Below, one piece after another: positions 29,828 through 43,148 of a stretch of DNA of 64,000 nt. This DNA comes from Guillardia theta CCMP2712 (taxonomy: Eukaryota > Protista > Cryptophyta). The DNA is taken from NCBI RefSeq assembly GCF_000315625.1, contig NW_005434605.1:362407-426406 (forward strand). Reading direction: 5' to 3'. Positions within the stretch are counted from its first letter, which is position 1. Every line of letters starts with the position of its first letter. Made by a program: the position numbers and the translations under genes. Under the pieces are notes generated by a model, which was not told the DNA's origin, made no database searches, and saw only the letters and a program-made list of their open reading frames with translations.

Positions 29828-30072
29828 GCTCCTCGACTGCCAGCCGCTTCCCTCCTCCTCGAGCAACCCCCGCCCTGCTGCTGGCTGCTGTTGCTCATTA
29901 GTCCGACAAGGTTCGACTCGCTTCTCCTGAAGGCCATGGCGCTCCGTGCCCTCCTCCTCCGCTGCTCCTCCTCGCAGTCCTCTACAACCTTCACCGCCGC
30001 CATCCCGTACGGCACTCCGAGGCTCCGGGCAATGAGCAAACAAACCGTAGCACGGCAGGTCAAGTCATTTAC

Positions 30073-30128
30073 TGTAACGGTCCGTAACGATGTTGGGATA
30101 CTAGGAAATAATAACGGTTTTGTAACGG
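30073..30128. promoter_or_regulatory. Cluster of four TAACG (Myb-like) motifs upstream of the GAF gene
   Basis: tgtaacgg, cgtaacga, ataacgg and tgtaacgg within 56 bp. Function is inferred only. Confidence 0.45.
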
Positions 30129-31620
30129 TAAATCAACCCAAAACTATGTTTCGGAAAAAGGTTAAAATGTTAGGGTGGGTGGGCTTTCAGTACCGGGTCC
30201 TTGTACTAGAGATGATTATCTTATACAGGGGTGGTCATTTCAAATTGAACGAGAGGGAGGTAGGGTATAGAGCAATGGGGGTCCTAATCCGGTAGGTGTA
30301 AGGGGTATGTTGCCCTGGTCAACCCATCGAAGACCAAAAGTTACCATCGAACCGAGGGGGTGGGGTGATGGGGGTACTGGTAGTACTGAATATACTTACA
30401 AGTTAGGGGTGGTCGAATGAACGGATGCGTTATGAATAGTAGTAGGGTAGGGTGGGGTCGGATGGTGTGCGTAAGGTCACTAATGGGGTGGGGTGGGTGG
30501 GTGTGTAGGTCACTACGGGTACCGTATGTTGAATTGGATCTGATAGAGGGGTAGGGTATATCCTTGGTTGGTTGAGCTGGAAGATGGTGGGGTCCTTGGT
30601 CTAAAGTTTGAATCAGTACTGTAGGAAAACATTACCACTGATTTCTTCAGTAATACTTTTAAAATATTACACCCCCTTATTCCTCTGCAAAAAGCTGTTG
30701 AACTACCCGGGTAATACTCGAATACCTTTGTCATTTCTAGCCAATTTTGAACTATTACTGATAAAATAATATATATCAATATTATTCAAACTGGTTTTGG
30801 TAACACCTTAAATTATTATAGAAATAAAGTTTTCAATATGGAAGTGTAAAACCACTCATGGTACTAATTTATTGTACCACTAAGCTTCCAGTACACCTGT
30901 CCTTCCCGCCGCCGCTCCCAATGCCGCGCAGGAGGGGCCAGGGAGGGAAGAGCCAGTGATGGCAGAGCCAGTCTTTCTCGGCATGAAGCACCTGCGATGT
31001 CGTTATTGATGTGCTCATGATACTGAAAGTCATTCCATCCTCGTTCGATCTGAATATCATGTGCTCACCATCGCAACCCCTTGTCCTTATCATTGTGGTG
31101 AGCTGGCAAGGGTCTTGATTCGATGTTTTCTATGGTGTGATGTGGAGTGTGAAGTAGCGGCCCAAACGTTTGTCAGTAAAGAATTTCCTTCGCCTTCTGT
31201 TCTTTGTGCCTTTGTGATGGATGCTGGGCTAAGTGGTGTACTTGAAAGTGTGTGTTGCGTGAGTTTTCAAACTAGGTGAATTGATTGCGATCTATGATCC
31301 TATCACCTTTCGTCTCTTGGGAATTTTTGATATATTGAGCAAAATTCAGAAAGTTTCAGTTGCTTTGAGAAGAGTTTGTTCCTATGTAGTTTCACGATTT
31401 CTAGTCAAGGTCAACAGGAACCGACATGTCTTACAAGATTGTGATGATGTGGCTCTCTTCACGTGTTATGGCATACTTCACTTAGACCATGCAGCTGCCA
31501 AATCTTTGTCATCCAAGTCTTCATCTTGTTCATCGCAATCCTCTGATTTTTTGGCCCATCTGTTGCATACAAAGCTTTTCTGACCTTTGCACTTCAGTTT
31601 CAACCGCACCGATTGTGAGA

Positions 31621-33328
31621 ATGAGCGAGGGCAGCGTTCCTCCAACAGACTTCAAGGTGGCCATCTCGCGATGATGTGAACTGTTGTTCTGATGGGTTTG
31701 TTCAGACTCTTTTCGGAAAGACTCTCTACAAGGATGGAGTTGGCGAAGTTGGTACCGAGAGCAGTTTGAAGGACGTCCAGCACATCGGAGTCTTTTTTGG
31801 AGCGGCTTGGTCGGGCTCTTGCAAACAATTCATGCAGCCTCTCGTGCAAGTGTACAAGAAATTGACGGAAGAGAAGAAGAAGTCCTTCCAGATCGTTTAC
31901 GTTCCAGCGACAGTGCCCGGCCGCCCTGCAGAGGATGAGGCCTCGTTCAAAGAGCTTATGTCCATGATGCCTTGGCTTGCTGTCCCGTATCATCGCAAGG
32001 CAACCCACAAGAAGTTGACCCGAAGATTCCAAGTGCGCCAGATCCCCATGCTGGTCCTCCTGGACACGGAAGGAAAGACCATCCACCGTGACATCACTCC
32101 TGCTGTCACACACATCGTTGAGGACCATGATGGAGACTCGTTTGCCGATCAGTTTCCATGGGCTGAGAAGAGACATAGCAACATCAAGAACATGCTTGGA
32201 AGCCACTTCTTGAAGGGTGACAACAGCCAGGTACCACTCTCGGCCCTCGACGGAAAGTACGTTGGTGTCTTGTTTTCTGCAAATTGGCACTGGCAATGCC
32301 GCCGATTCCAACAGATGTTGGAGTACATGTATGACAAGCTCAAGCAAGATGGAAAACCATTCGAGATTGTTGACATGGTAAGCATGGATCGCGGCCTTTG
32401 AGAAGCTGACAATTGCTTCAGGACTTTTCTCCAGAAATGCAATGGCTTTCAATGCCTCACGATTCTTTTGAAGCTAAGCACAAGCTGGGCGAAGCGTTCC
32501 GTATTGATCAGTGCCCAATGCTCGTGATCATCGATCCTGAGGGCAACGTGGTCACAACGGAAGGTGTTGAAATTGTGAGCAAGGACACTGATGGGGAATG
32601 CTTCCCATGGACACCCAAGGCACGATGGCCATCATACTTGCTTGTCATCTGACCTTATTACTGCAGCCGCTTTACGATCTTTCAACACTTGAACCAGAGA
32701 TTCTTGGAGAGATGAACGACACCGTCACCTGTGTGATTTTGTGCGAGGGCTGCGATGAGAACACCAAAGCAGAATTGGCCGACGCTATGATGGTGTGAAA
32801 GGTTGTTCTGTTCGTTGAGACCTTATTTTGCTTCGTAGCCCGTCGCAACTGAGGCGTTCAATGCTGCCAAAGCAAGGTATGCCCGTTTGTTGTGAGAGGC
32901 GTCTAGCTGATTCTTCTGTAGTGGATGTGAAGCAGGAATGCTGTTTTTCACTGCCACGGAGACCAGCGAAGTGGTTTCGCAACTCCGCATGTCCTGCGAG
33001 TTGGGAGAACCAACAACAACACCTCAAGTATAGCTCGATGTGTGGTTTGCTGATGTTTCTGATTTTTCCTGCAGCTTGTAATCCTTGACATCCCCGACTC
33101 TGGGGCATACTACGTGTTTGGTAGAGTTGTGATGTATGCTAACCGATCTTCTGACATGGAACATAGATGGTGATAATATTACCACTGAGAACATCTCGTT
33201 ATTCATCGAGGACTATGATGAAGAGCGTCTTGAGCGCAAGGAGCTTCAGGTGAAGTGCAACCGGTTCCATTGCAGACCTGAATTTGATCTCGCAGGAGGA
33301 GGAGGAAGAGGAGAATGGAGACCAGTAA
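31621..33328 (+). CDS. Nucleoredoxin/tryparedoxin-like multi-thioredoxin protein with atypical active sites
   Basis: IGVFFGAAWSGSCKQF..FQIVYV..MPWLAVPY..FQVRQIPMLVLLD, FPW, GKYVGVLFSANWHWQCRRF and FPWTPK. Multi-exon, with an acidic end EEEEEENGDQ*. Confidence 0.88.
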
Positions 33329-33356
33329 CTGACCCTACTTGCACTAGCTCTGCTCT

Positions 33357-34969
33357 CTATGATTTGCTAGTTAACTTCTGTGATCCTTTGGCTTTGTATC
33401 TTTTTCTCGCTCGCATGCACAACATTGAACGGCAAGGGGCCAAACTCTGATGAGCTCTGAAGACTCCATGAGAGTTTATTAGAGTGACATGGCTGGCAGT
33501 GATGGGGGGGCGCAGCAGCTGCTCCTCTACCCGAGACACTTGCAGCTTCCTTGAACATACTCGTCGATCGAACATGTGGGAGGGATGGCAGGAGACCTGC
33601 GGCGTGTCAGGAGGAGGGAGGAGGAAGGAAGAGGCTCTCACGTCTTGCCAGCGAGGTTGGGATCGTGTCCTGCTGGCGCGGCTCCTGCGATCTTGTCGAC
33701 GAGCAGACCGCCGCATGTAACTCCGCACATGTTGATGCCTAGGAGGCCGTGATAGACGTCCTCTCCTGCTGCTTGTTAGGACTTGGTCGGAGATCTCTCT
33801 CTCACCGATCACTCGACCGGCTCGCGCGTTGGTGCCAAGAAGGATTTGCGCTTGTTGGTTGACTATAGAGGTTGGCCATGTAAGTGAGGAGGAGAACAAT
33901 TTCGTTCCACCTCGTTGCAACAAGAATCCTGTAGTGTCTGACGTGTCAGCAACGGGAGGGCAACGAGCAGCAGCTGACCTGCGCTAGCGGGGACAAAAAT
34001 GTCGATGAAATGGTTGGCGCTGAGAGAAGAGAATGAGGGAAAGAGGTAGAGGGATGAGAGGAGAGGAGATGAGACGATGAGAGGACTTCGAAGAGGAATG
34101 AAAGGGGTTGGGAAGAGAGGAGAAGGAGGTAGAGGAAGATGAGTAGACCTGACGTTGACGTCCAGCAGAAACGACAATTTGAGATTTTCCGCATCCCATG
34201 TGGCAAGGGAAGTGTACTGAGAGGGGTCAGGGGGGGGGGAATGGAGCAGGAGGATTTCTACCGCGTTGTTCATGAGGGAGAAGGAGCTCGAGTTGCAGCT
34301 TATGTTGTAGATGTCAAGACACTGAAGAATAGCCGTGAGGACATCATCACAACCAGTATCCTCATCGTCATCAGAATGATCGAGTTTGCAAATACCGTGG
34401 CTGGCTCCAAACTTTCACAGATGTGCTGATACCCGACGACGTTGGTGTCGCAGAACTTCTGCAGCAGCAGCGCGTGAGTGAAGGAGGAGAGGCAGGACCC
34501 GTCACCATCGTCCGCTGGAAGCCGTTGAGGTAGAGGAAGACTTCTTCTCCCGCCCGCAGCTCCACGTTGAGGCTCAGCGACAGCAGCAGCATCATCGGGG
34601 CGCTCTCGAGGCTCCATGCTGGCTTGAAGGTGAAACTGGACGCGCACACGTCAGCTTCTTCCTTGTCTCCCTGTTATCCCAATGCTCCTCCCTCCTCCCT
34701 CCCCTCCACCAGCTCCTTCAGCTCCTCTTACCCACTCGTTTCTCCCATCTATCTTATCGTGCCCCTCATCAACATCACCGGCTGTCTTGGCCAAAGTGGC
34801 CGATGAGCGGGAAGAGCGTGAGGGGAGAGGAGTCAACGAGCGCGTTTATGGCCTCGGATGTGATACGGAAATCATCTGAAAGAAAGTGACGATCAGTAGG
34901 GTGAGCAGGAGGAGGAGGACAAGCGTCCGCCAGGTGCAACAGGTCCACAAAGAGCGACAGGCGCACAAG

Positions 34970-35035
<66 letters not shown>

Positions 35036-37597
35036 TGAGGCAGGGGGTCTCTTACGTCCTTGCTGAATGCCGGTAGGGGGCAGCTGGAGGACGTCTGAGC
35101 AGTTGACGAGGAGGAGGACGAGAGACTTCTTGCTGACTTGGACGAGAGCGCGCAGGTTCAGCCAGACGCCACTGGAAGCGTTCGGACTGTAGGAGGAGAG
35201 GCTGACGTTGAACACTTGCTGCCTTCCAACTCGTCCCAGAGAGATTCTCCGAGCAAAAAGACCGTCCAGCACCTCCCCAGCTTGCGAGATGTCGCTGACG
35301 CCGAACTTCTCCTGGAGATAGGAATAGGCGTCCGCGCCAGCAGCTGAAGAGGAGGTGATCGAGGAGGCATTCAGCAGGCCGAAGCCAGGCAGGAAGAGCT
35401 TGATCGTCTCTCCCGGCAGGATGACGTCGCTGAGCGTTAGGGCCAGCAGCAGGTTCGACCTCCAAGTGCCCGCGAGAGGGACGTCAAATCCCAGCAGGCT
35501 CAGCTCGAACGAGCCGAGCCCAGCAGACCACCCACCTGTCGGGAGGATCTTGCCATTGCGAGCGGAGGTTGCGAAGGTCATGTTAGGATCCTTGGCGGGT
35601 ATCCCGTCAGCCGGCAGGAGGACGTTCTTGACGCAGACCACCAGCTCCTCCCCGGCTCCCACCTGCTCGCCGAAGTGGAGGAGGAGCGTCGAGCCGTCTC
35701 CCTGCCAGGTGGGGAAGTAGCGAGAGGAGGAGGAGCAGTTGTTGGAGGCGAGCTGGTCGGGGAGGATGAGCTTGTCGAGCGCGAACTCTATAGTCTCTCC
35801 CTGCTCGAAGCTCATGACACAGCTGACAAACAGCTGGAAGTCGCTCCGCGTGCCGGCGACCGCGTTGGAGATGTCCATCCTCACGCTGCAGTAGCCGACG
35901 GAGTCCACCAGCGTCACGGGCTGCCAGGAAGAGGAGGCGGAAGTTGGAGAAGTCGGAGCGACGACCTCGACGAGCGGGGTATGGAGGGAGCTGCTGACAC
36001 CGTCCTGGGGAATGAGCAGGGAGACGAGGGTAGGGGAGGAGAGAAGCACGGGCTCAAGTGCGGGGATGGTGGCAGTAGGGCGGAACAGGAGAAGGAGGAA
36101 GCCTTGAGCTGAGAGATCTCCGAGGAAGAGATCCCAGCCGTTGTCGAGGGGGAGGAAGCAACAGGTGACGTTGACGTCTGTCAGGAGCATGCTAGAGGGG
36201 AAGTAACAGCTGCTCGTCGCCTCCTCCGCTGAGAGCGCCTGGCAGTTCGCTCCCTCCTGCGAGCGGAAGCCGAAGGCATCGAGGCGGAGGATGACGGAGC
36301 TGTTGGGGGGGAGCGACTCGGTGTAAGTGAAGTTGAAGAAGACGCGGGAGGGCTGGCCTGGGAACCTGCGCTCCTCGAACGAGACCCGCGACAGCAACTT
36401 GCCGACCCCCTCCACGTGGGTGAAGAACTGCCCGCTGACCTGATGCTCCACTTCCAAGGTGAAGCCGATGGAGTTTGGATGGATCCCGGTCGAGGGGAGG
36501 AGGAGGTTGAGGTCTGAGGGCAAGGAGAGGGCAAGGAGGTCGCAGGCGCTGACGTCCCTCCTCGGGCTCAGGCAGAGAGCGGAGCTTGAGCAGTTCCAGC
36601 GAGCGAGGAGGACGTCACTAACCTCGTGCCAGCCGTCGGAGACGTTGCAGGAGGACGTCACAAGCTCTGTCACCTTCACCTCCACGAAGCTTCCCTGCTG
36701 CAGCCTCATGCCTGGATACAGCTCCATCCGCAGCGACGAGGCGGCGCCAGGCAGGAGGGGCGAGAAGGAGAGGGAAGAGCCAGGGAACAGTCCAGCCGCA
36801 TAGACGAGCTCAACCCTCGCGCGTCCTCCCTGGTCAAAGGGAGCTGGGATGGAGGTTGGGACGGCGGCTGACCTCACTTGGATCGAGATGCAGGGGGAGG
36901 AGCTGGGGATCGCCGCCCAGGGGAGCAGCAGGGGAACCAGGAAATCGAATCGCACAGGCACGTTGGCGCCAACGCTCTGCGTCATCTGCACCATGAGCGT
37001 GCTCTCCCCTTGGCACTTCGCGCTCGTCGTGTCTCGTCCTGCTGGACTTGCCGTGATGTTGTCTCTGCAGGTGACGAACCCGCAGTCGACGCTGAGCTGG
37101 GAGATATTGCGGTAGCTCAGCTCAGCTGTGGCGTAGCTGGACTTCTCCTCCCCATCCAACGAGAACGTCAGCTCGACCCCTCCAGCTCCGTCGCAACTCG
37201 TAGGGGAGAAGGGGAGCGTCAGGTTCACCCCGTCCCCCTGCTGGAGAGCAAAGCTCAAGGTCAGCTCGAGGCTGACTTGACGGGCCAGCTGGTAGAGGCT
37301 TGTGGCTCCTGCCTGGAACTCTCGGTCGAAGGACAAGACGGAGCGAGGCACCTGTCGCATGTTCAGGCTCTCCCCTCCTCCTCCCCTCCTCCTCCCCTCC
37401 CGTTGCTCTCCTCCTCGCCACTCACCTCGAGCTCGGTCTGGATAGGAACATCGTACTGTTTCCCATCAGCAAAGACGAGGCGCATCCTGATGCCTGAGTT
37501 TCCTGCCTGGACCCCCGAGGAAGGATACCTAATGAAAGAGCAGAGAAGAGAAGATCAGGAGGGAGCAAAGAGAGATAGGTAGTATGGGGGAGGGAGC

Positions 37598-37685
<88 letters not shown>

Positions 37686-38920
37686 AAGGAGCACAAGGAG
37701 CACAAGGAGCAGGAGGAATCCTTGTTGCGTCACCTGATCTCACTGGTCGAGGACAAGGAGATGCAGATCGACTCGTCAGGCTCGTGCTTCTCGTTCACCA
37801 GGAAGGTCAACTTGTTTTCGTCCTGCGATCACGCCCAGTGTCAGCCGGAGAAGCGAAGCAGGCGGTTCAAGAAGAGAAGACCTCGATCCAGTTGGCGTGC
37901 TGGATCTTCGACATGATTTGGGACAAGAGCTGCTTGCCGGGACTTGAGCACGAGGAGGAGCTTGCGACCTCGCACGATGAAACGGCGATGCCCTGCACGC
38001 TCCCGCCTACCCTCGAGAAACGAGGGAGGAAGAGGCTGACTGCATCCCCGTAGTCCAGCTTGCGATTGATCTGAAACTGCAGGAAGAGCTCGACTCTCCC
38101 TGGCCGCCAGTCAGAAGAGACGCGGATCGACAGGTCGCCTACCCGCTGCTATCACTGTCTCGTTCGCTCCGAAGTCCAGGCGCACGTCTCGGACCCGGAC
38201 AAGGTCGTCAGACACTCTGCAGAGCTCTTGATCGGCCCGGAAGATGGCGAGCGAGAAGTTGCTGGTCGTTCGGTAGTTGGTGTCTGTAGGAGGGCATGAG
38301 GAACGAGTAGACACACCCCTCCGGCTCACTCAGAAATCCATAGCTCCTCGCCACAACCATCAACACCCTAGTGTTGGGAGGGATTTCTGACTGGTCCAGG
38401 TATACGATGGTCAACGTTTGCTCTGATTGCGTCCATGATGCAATCCATCGGCTGCGAGATGTGCTCCCATGGCTGACGACCATCTCATTCTCAGAGCAAC
38501 AAGCGCAACCTCCGCCTCACCTCACAAAGATCGCCCCTGGATCCGTGATACTAGCGAGCTCGAACCCTGCGGTCGCCGTCAGAGAACAGGAGGGAGGATG
38601 CTGTGCTTGCCACCTGGGAGAGTCACACGGACTTGGTCCGAGCTCCTGATGGTCAGAGAGGTGTTAAACTCCACCTGCACCTCAACCGACGAGTCTATCA
38701 GCATCGGGTTCACGGCGATCGATGCCCAGACTGAACAGTCTTGCTGCAGGAGGCTCCTGGCACTGCTCGCATGTGCTGCTGCTCCTATCCCAGGGGATGA
38801 GGAGACCAGCAAGAGCTGCCGCTGGCTGCTGCTCGATGAGGGAGTGAAGCTGTTGGCCAGGCTGAAACTTAGCAGCATCATGCATGTGATGAGTGCGCGG
38901 CAGGCAGTGGACATGACCAT
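33357..38920 (-). CDS. Large secreted/surface protein with tandem beta-rich repeats (multi-exon)
   Basis: Signal peptide MVMSTACRALITCMMLLSFSLANS, an 861-codon open exon (34775-37360), and a recurring motif SF...(P/A)G...L.L.F....L..G(E/D).I.L.LPGF. The 3' end is uncertain. Confidence 0.65.
34972..35033. repeat. (GCA)n trinucleotide repeat, probably intronic
   Basis: Tandem array between a minus-strand donor (~35055) and acceptor (~34877). Confidence 0.85.
37597..37686. repeat. (GCAGGA)n hexanucleotide repeat, intronic
   Basis: Tandem array read directly from the sequence. Confidence 0.9.
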
Positions 38921-39788
38921 GAAGCTTGCGACAGTCTCTTGCAATGGTGTTGCTCTCAGTCTTTCATCTCTGGAAGTCTCGCCCTCCCTCCCTCCTCCCT
39001 CTCTCCCTCCTCCCTCCCTCCTCGGCTCCTCCTCTCGCCATCGCGTCTCATCGCCGGCATGGGGCAGGCTCTTGACTACGTGATGTAACGGTCATTTGTA
39101 ACGTAAAATCACTCCGCCTCAGAGTCTTACTTACACTAGGCTATCACTGCTAGGCTATGGCCCCGCGGAAGTTCAAGTGCAGTGCGTCGCCGTGACTGCT
39201 GCTAACCGTTCCTGTCCGACAGCTGCTCCCGGTGGCACAGTCACTGGGTTACCCCCTGAGACTCCGAGCCTCGGAGGCTGAGCAGCCTGTGACAGCCGCT
39301 CGCCGCCCGGAGGCTTAAGTGAAACGGCGACGGCTGTGCTGAGTCCGATGGCAGCGTCGGACCCTGGTCCAAGGCACTTCTGTTTTAGGCACTAGTCACA
39401 TCGATTGGTGTGAAGATGAATCAGCTGCCAGTGACTGATCATTGAACCGGGTTAAAGTCTCCACAGTTTCGCATTGCATCATGACCGGGACTATCACGAG
39501 CGTTCACTGAACAGTGCCCACGGTTGGCGCGCCATTGCTGAGAGCCGGACCCTGGCATGTCGAACGGCCAAACGCAACAACCGTAAACAACAACAATGAA
39601 GGCACTTCAGAGCATCAGGGGAACATAACAATGAAATTCATTACACTACACGGCGGCGACAGCTTCGAGACGAACTTTCGAGTCGCCGGCCACCAAATTC
39701 TGTCAAACCAATCGCCACCAGGACGCAGGCTCCCCCCTTTTGCTTCTACGCGCCTTCATTGCAGTGTCTGCATCATCAGGTTGGACGA

Positions 39789-40699
39789 TCATTCCTTTGC
39801 CTTAGACTTAGATTTGCGCATAGCGATAGAAGCAGATACAATGCAGAGAAGGGAATCAAGAACGGCTTTCCCTCCCCCTATAAAGGATAAACCTTCATCG
39901 CTCTGCATTCCACTGTAGATCTCATTGGCTGCTGCAAGTCCAAAGGTCCAGGCAAGCGCCATCGGAATGAAATTGTCTTTCGACTTCTTCTCTGTATTTC
40001 CACGGCTCTTCCACCACATTGGACTGTCCAGCTGTTTCTTCAACTCTTCGATGTTGGATGCCTCTTGCCGTATGATGTCGCGCTGCTTCATCATGTCTTT
40101 CAAGATGGCTTGTGTCTTCTGATCATACTCCTCAAGAAGCTCCAGCTGTGCGCCTTCCATCGCAAGGTTTATCTCCTGTGACATGACAGAAACGACATTC
40201 AGTCATGAACATGAGAATGGCATGTTGGGTTAGAAGGCAAGAGGACATTACAAAGGAAGTAGGAAGATTAATGTGATGTGAAGGGCGGATGAGATCGTGA
40301 AGGCACCTCTTCAATCTTCTTTTGAAGTGTCTGAACCTCGGCGTTAGTGAGCGTTGCGAGCTCTGATATTTGCTTCTGGCCCTTTGCAACTTCGAGTTCC
40401 AAAATCTTGTCATCCAAGACTTCAGCCTTTCCAAACAAAGACTGTGATTTACTATCATCTGCATCCTGCACCTTCTCCTTCTCATTCGGCTCCACAATAG
40501 AAGCACGTAGAACAATCGCCTTGGCGCTTCTGACCCTCGCAGCGCGCGAGGAGCACCTTAGGATCGTAGGAGAGGCGCGTGGATCTCTATCAACCAGAGC
40601 TGAGAGAGGTAGAGGCGAGAAAGACAGAGCGCAGGGCAGGACCAACAGCATGGTCACCGCGAGACAGCTCGAGCTCACGTGGCTGCGTCGCTGCATCAT
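39789..40699 (-). CDS. Plastid-targeted coiled-coil protein with C-terminal hydrophobic segments, 2 exons
   Basis: Signal peptide ending CALS-F, an Arg/Ser/Ala-rich transit peptide, a coiled coil, and two hydrophobic helices (FIPMALAWTFGLAAA; AVLDSLLCIVSASIAM). Intron at ~40306-40176. Confidence 0.75.
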
Positions 40700-43148
40700 G
40701 GCGGCAGGGGGGCCGGAGATTTAAAAGGGAGTAATAGATTGAGTGGTACAAACAAAGAAGGTCATAAGTACTACTGGTACTGCAGAGTGTACCAGAGTTT
40801 TACATATTGGTACAAACTGATTAGAAAGATATTCTACTGCCCTCCTACTACTTAACTCTGGATGAGTAAACATTTTCCGAGCCCGGCGTATGGCGGTCCG
40901 GCTCCGGCGGTCACTGAAAGCTTGGGCCGGGCCGACGGAACGACTCCCGGGGATGGCCAGTGACCCGGCGGCCCAGGACTCAGAGGCTGCCACGGGTGAA
41001 ACGGTGCCAGTCGGATCTTTTAGTCATCTTTTAGTCACGAGAAGATCCTGTAACGCAAATTTTAAAATAATCGCACAGTACAAATCTAAAACATTTTATT
41101 AGATCTCCCTCCCTGCAGTAGAAATTCTGATCTGCATATTAGGTCAGATTGGGGGGTAGAGGTACCATGTAATGAAATACTCCATAGACATTTGTACCAA
41201 GTACTTACACGACTCTCCTAATCCAGTACCATGTATCTTTATAAACTGTTTTAATCATGGCGGGCTATGGTGGTAAACTCAAAATTTTAAAAAGGCAGGT
41301 TGCAAGCAGCCACTACAAGGCCCCACCCCTACCCCCTACTTTCATGGTCTTGTAGCTGTTTGACCACCTCCACCACATGAAAATTTCAGCGGCGCTGGTC
41401 CACCATAACTGAATGACCCATCACCCTACCGATCATCTATTCAACCACCCACCAAAGTATCAACATCGGTACCACCCACCCTGTTTATATCCATCTGACA
41501 CTCCTTGACCCCCTCTTTTCGCCCCACCCAGACGGCCAGCAACTTGTGAAGGTGCAGATCACAGTTCAGGTATTGACCACCCTCCATTGCATCGCTAAAA
41601 GTACCCCTGTCCCATACCACGCCCACACTGGCCCCTCGTGCGTCCCAGACGTCTCCGTCCCCTTAAAAATAAGTTTTTTTATTCTGGTACAGTGGGGTGA
41701 GGCCGTGCCTGTATAACCTGGTAGTTCACTTCGAAAACACTTGTTTTGGTAGATACAAATTCCCACAAGAATCTTTTTCAAAAACAATTGAATGCCACAA
41801 CTTATCAGAGCACATCGTTTCGTTTTCTTTTTTTGCCAGCTCAGACTAAGCGGCCTACCTATTCCCATGACTATGTGGTGGTTAGGGACCTAAACACTTC
41901 CTAGGGGTCCAATCGTATGGTGGTAAGACCCTGTATCAGTAGACTTGTTGGAGGCCTAGGAAGCGCATCCCTTCCGTTCAACTCCGACGCAACCAGAGTA
42001 GTGCTTCCCACGACCTCCTGACGGGAAAGAAGTGATTCATTAAGTGAGGTATTATACAGAAAGGGCTATCCCTCCCGCTCTCAATCCACTCTCCTATCCC
42101 CCCACCTCGTGCTTTGTCCACATTCTCTCCACCCACCACCCCTAGCCTATCGATTTATCAGCAAAGACACTAATGCCATGCTCCTATCCATGACCCTTCT
42201 TCTCTTGCCACATCGTGCGAAACCGTCACATGGTCGGGCGTCTAGCAGGTGTCAGACTAGGGTCTGTTCTCTTCATTCTATCGGATATCGTACTAAGATC
42301 TGGAGGCTATCCCCGCACCCTCAACCTCTCGCACCTCTTGCCGCTGAACCAATGAGGTCTGTCTACTAGTCAGCACGTACCTCCTTTACTACGGAGCTAT
42401 CGAATCTCTGACAAGACCTCTTAGTCGAAAAGAGATCTTTTCGCGCCCCTCTCCATGCTGCAAACACGAAACACCCCTTCACCCCCTGGGGGTACCCGTA
42501 CTTTAGGACATTATCTTGCTGTCTGCCTCCCCGCCAATACCCTACTACCCCCAAAATCACCTTCATGTACCCCCTCTTCTCCCGTAGCTCCTGCATCCTG
42601 TAAGCGCCGCTGTCATCGTACTACCCCCTTGGAAGGCTGCCACTCATATGACCCACCCCCAGTAGAGAGACCTGCTAATGATCCTCATGCAGTCCTTTCA
42701 CATACCCTCCATAGTACCTTCATCCTTCAATTACAGTATTGAATAAAATGGGTATCCAATAACCTTCAGGTCTTGTATCGGGTCTCAAACCCTTTGGTAC
42801 CACCCCCACCCCTCTTTTTCAGTTCTTTGTTTGGCGTAGCTTTGCTCCAACCCAAGGCCACCTCCTTCCCGCCGACCTCCTTGGCTTTCCTCCTTCCTCT
42901 CGAGGTTCATCTTGTACCTATCCTTCTAGAGTCTTCCTCCTTGACTCGCTGTCTCGTCTCTGCTCATCTTACAGTGCTTCCCCTCTTTTCGGTCTCCTTC
43001 CCACAAGGCTAGGCCACTCCCTCCCCACTACAAAGTCTACGCAAGGTGCAAGATTCAGGGTGCGAATCCATCAAGCGTTGAATCTTTTTCCTTCGTTGTG
43101 ACCAGAGGCTCGTTTGTTGTTTGATTTGGTTCGGTTCCGCTGCAAACG

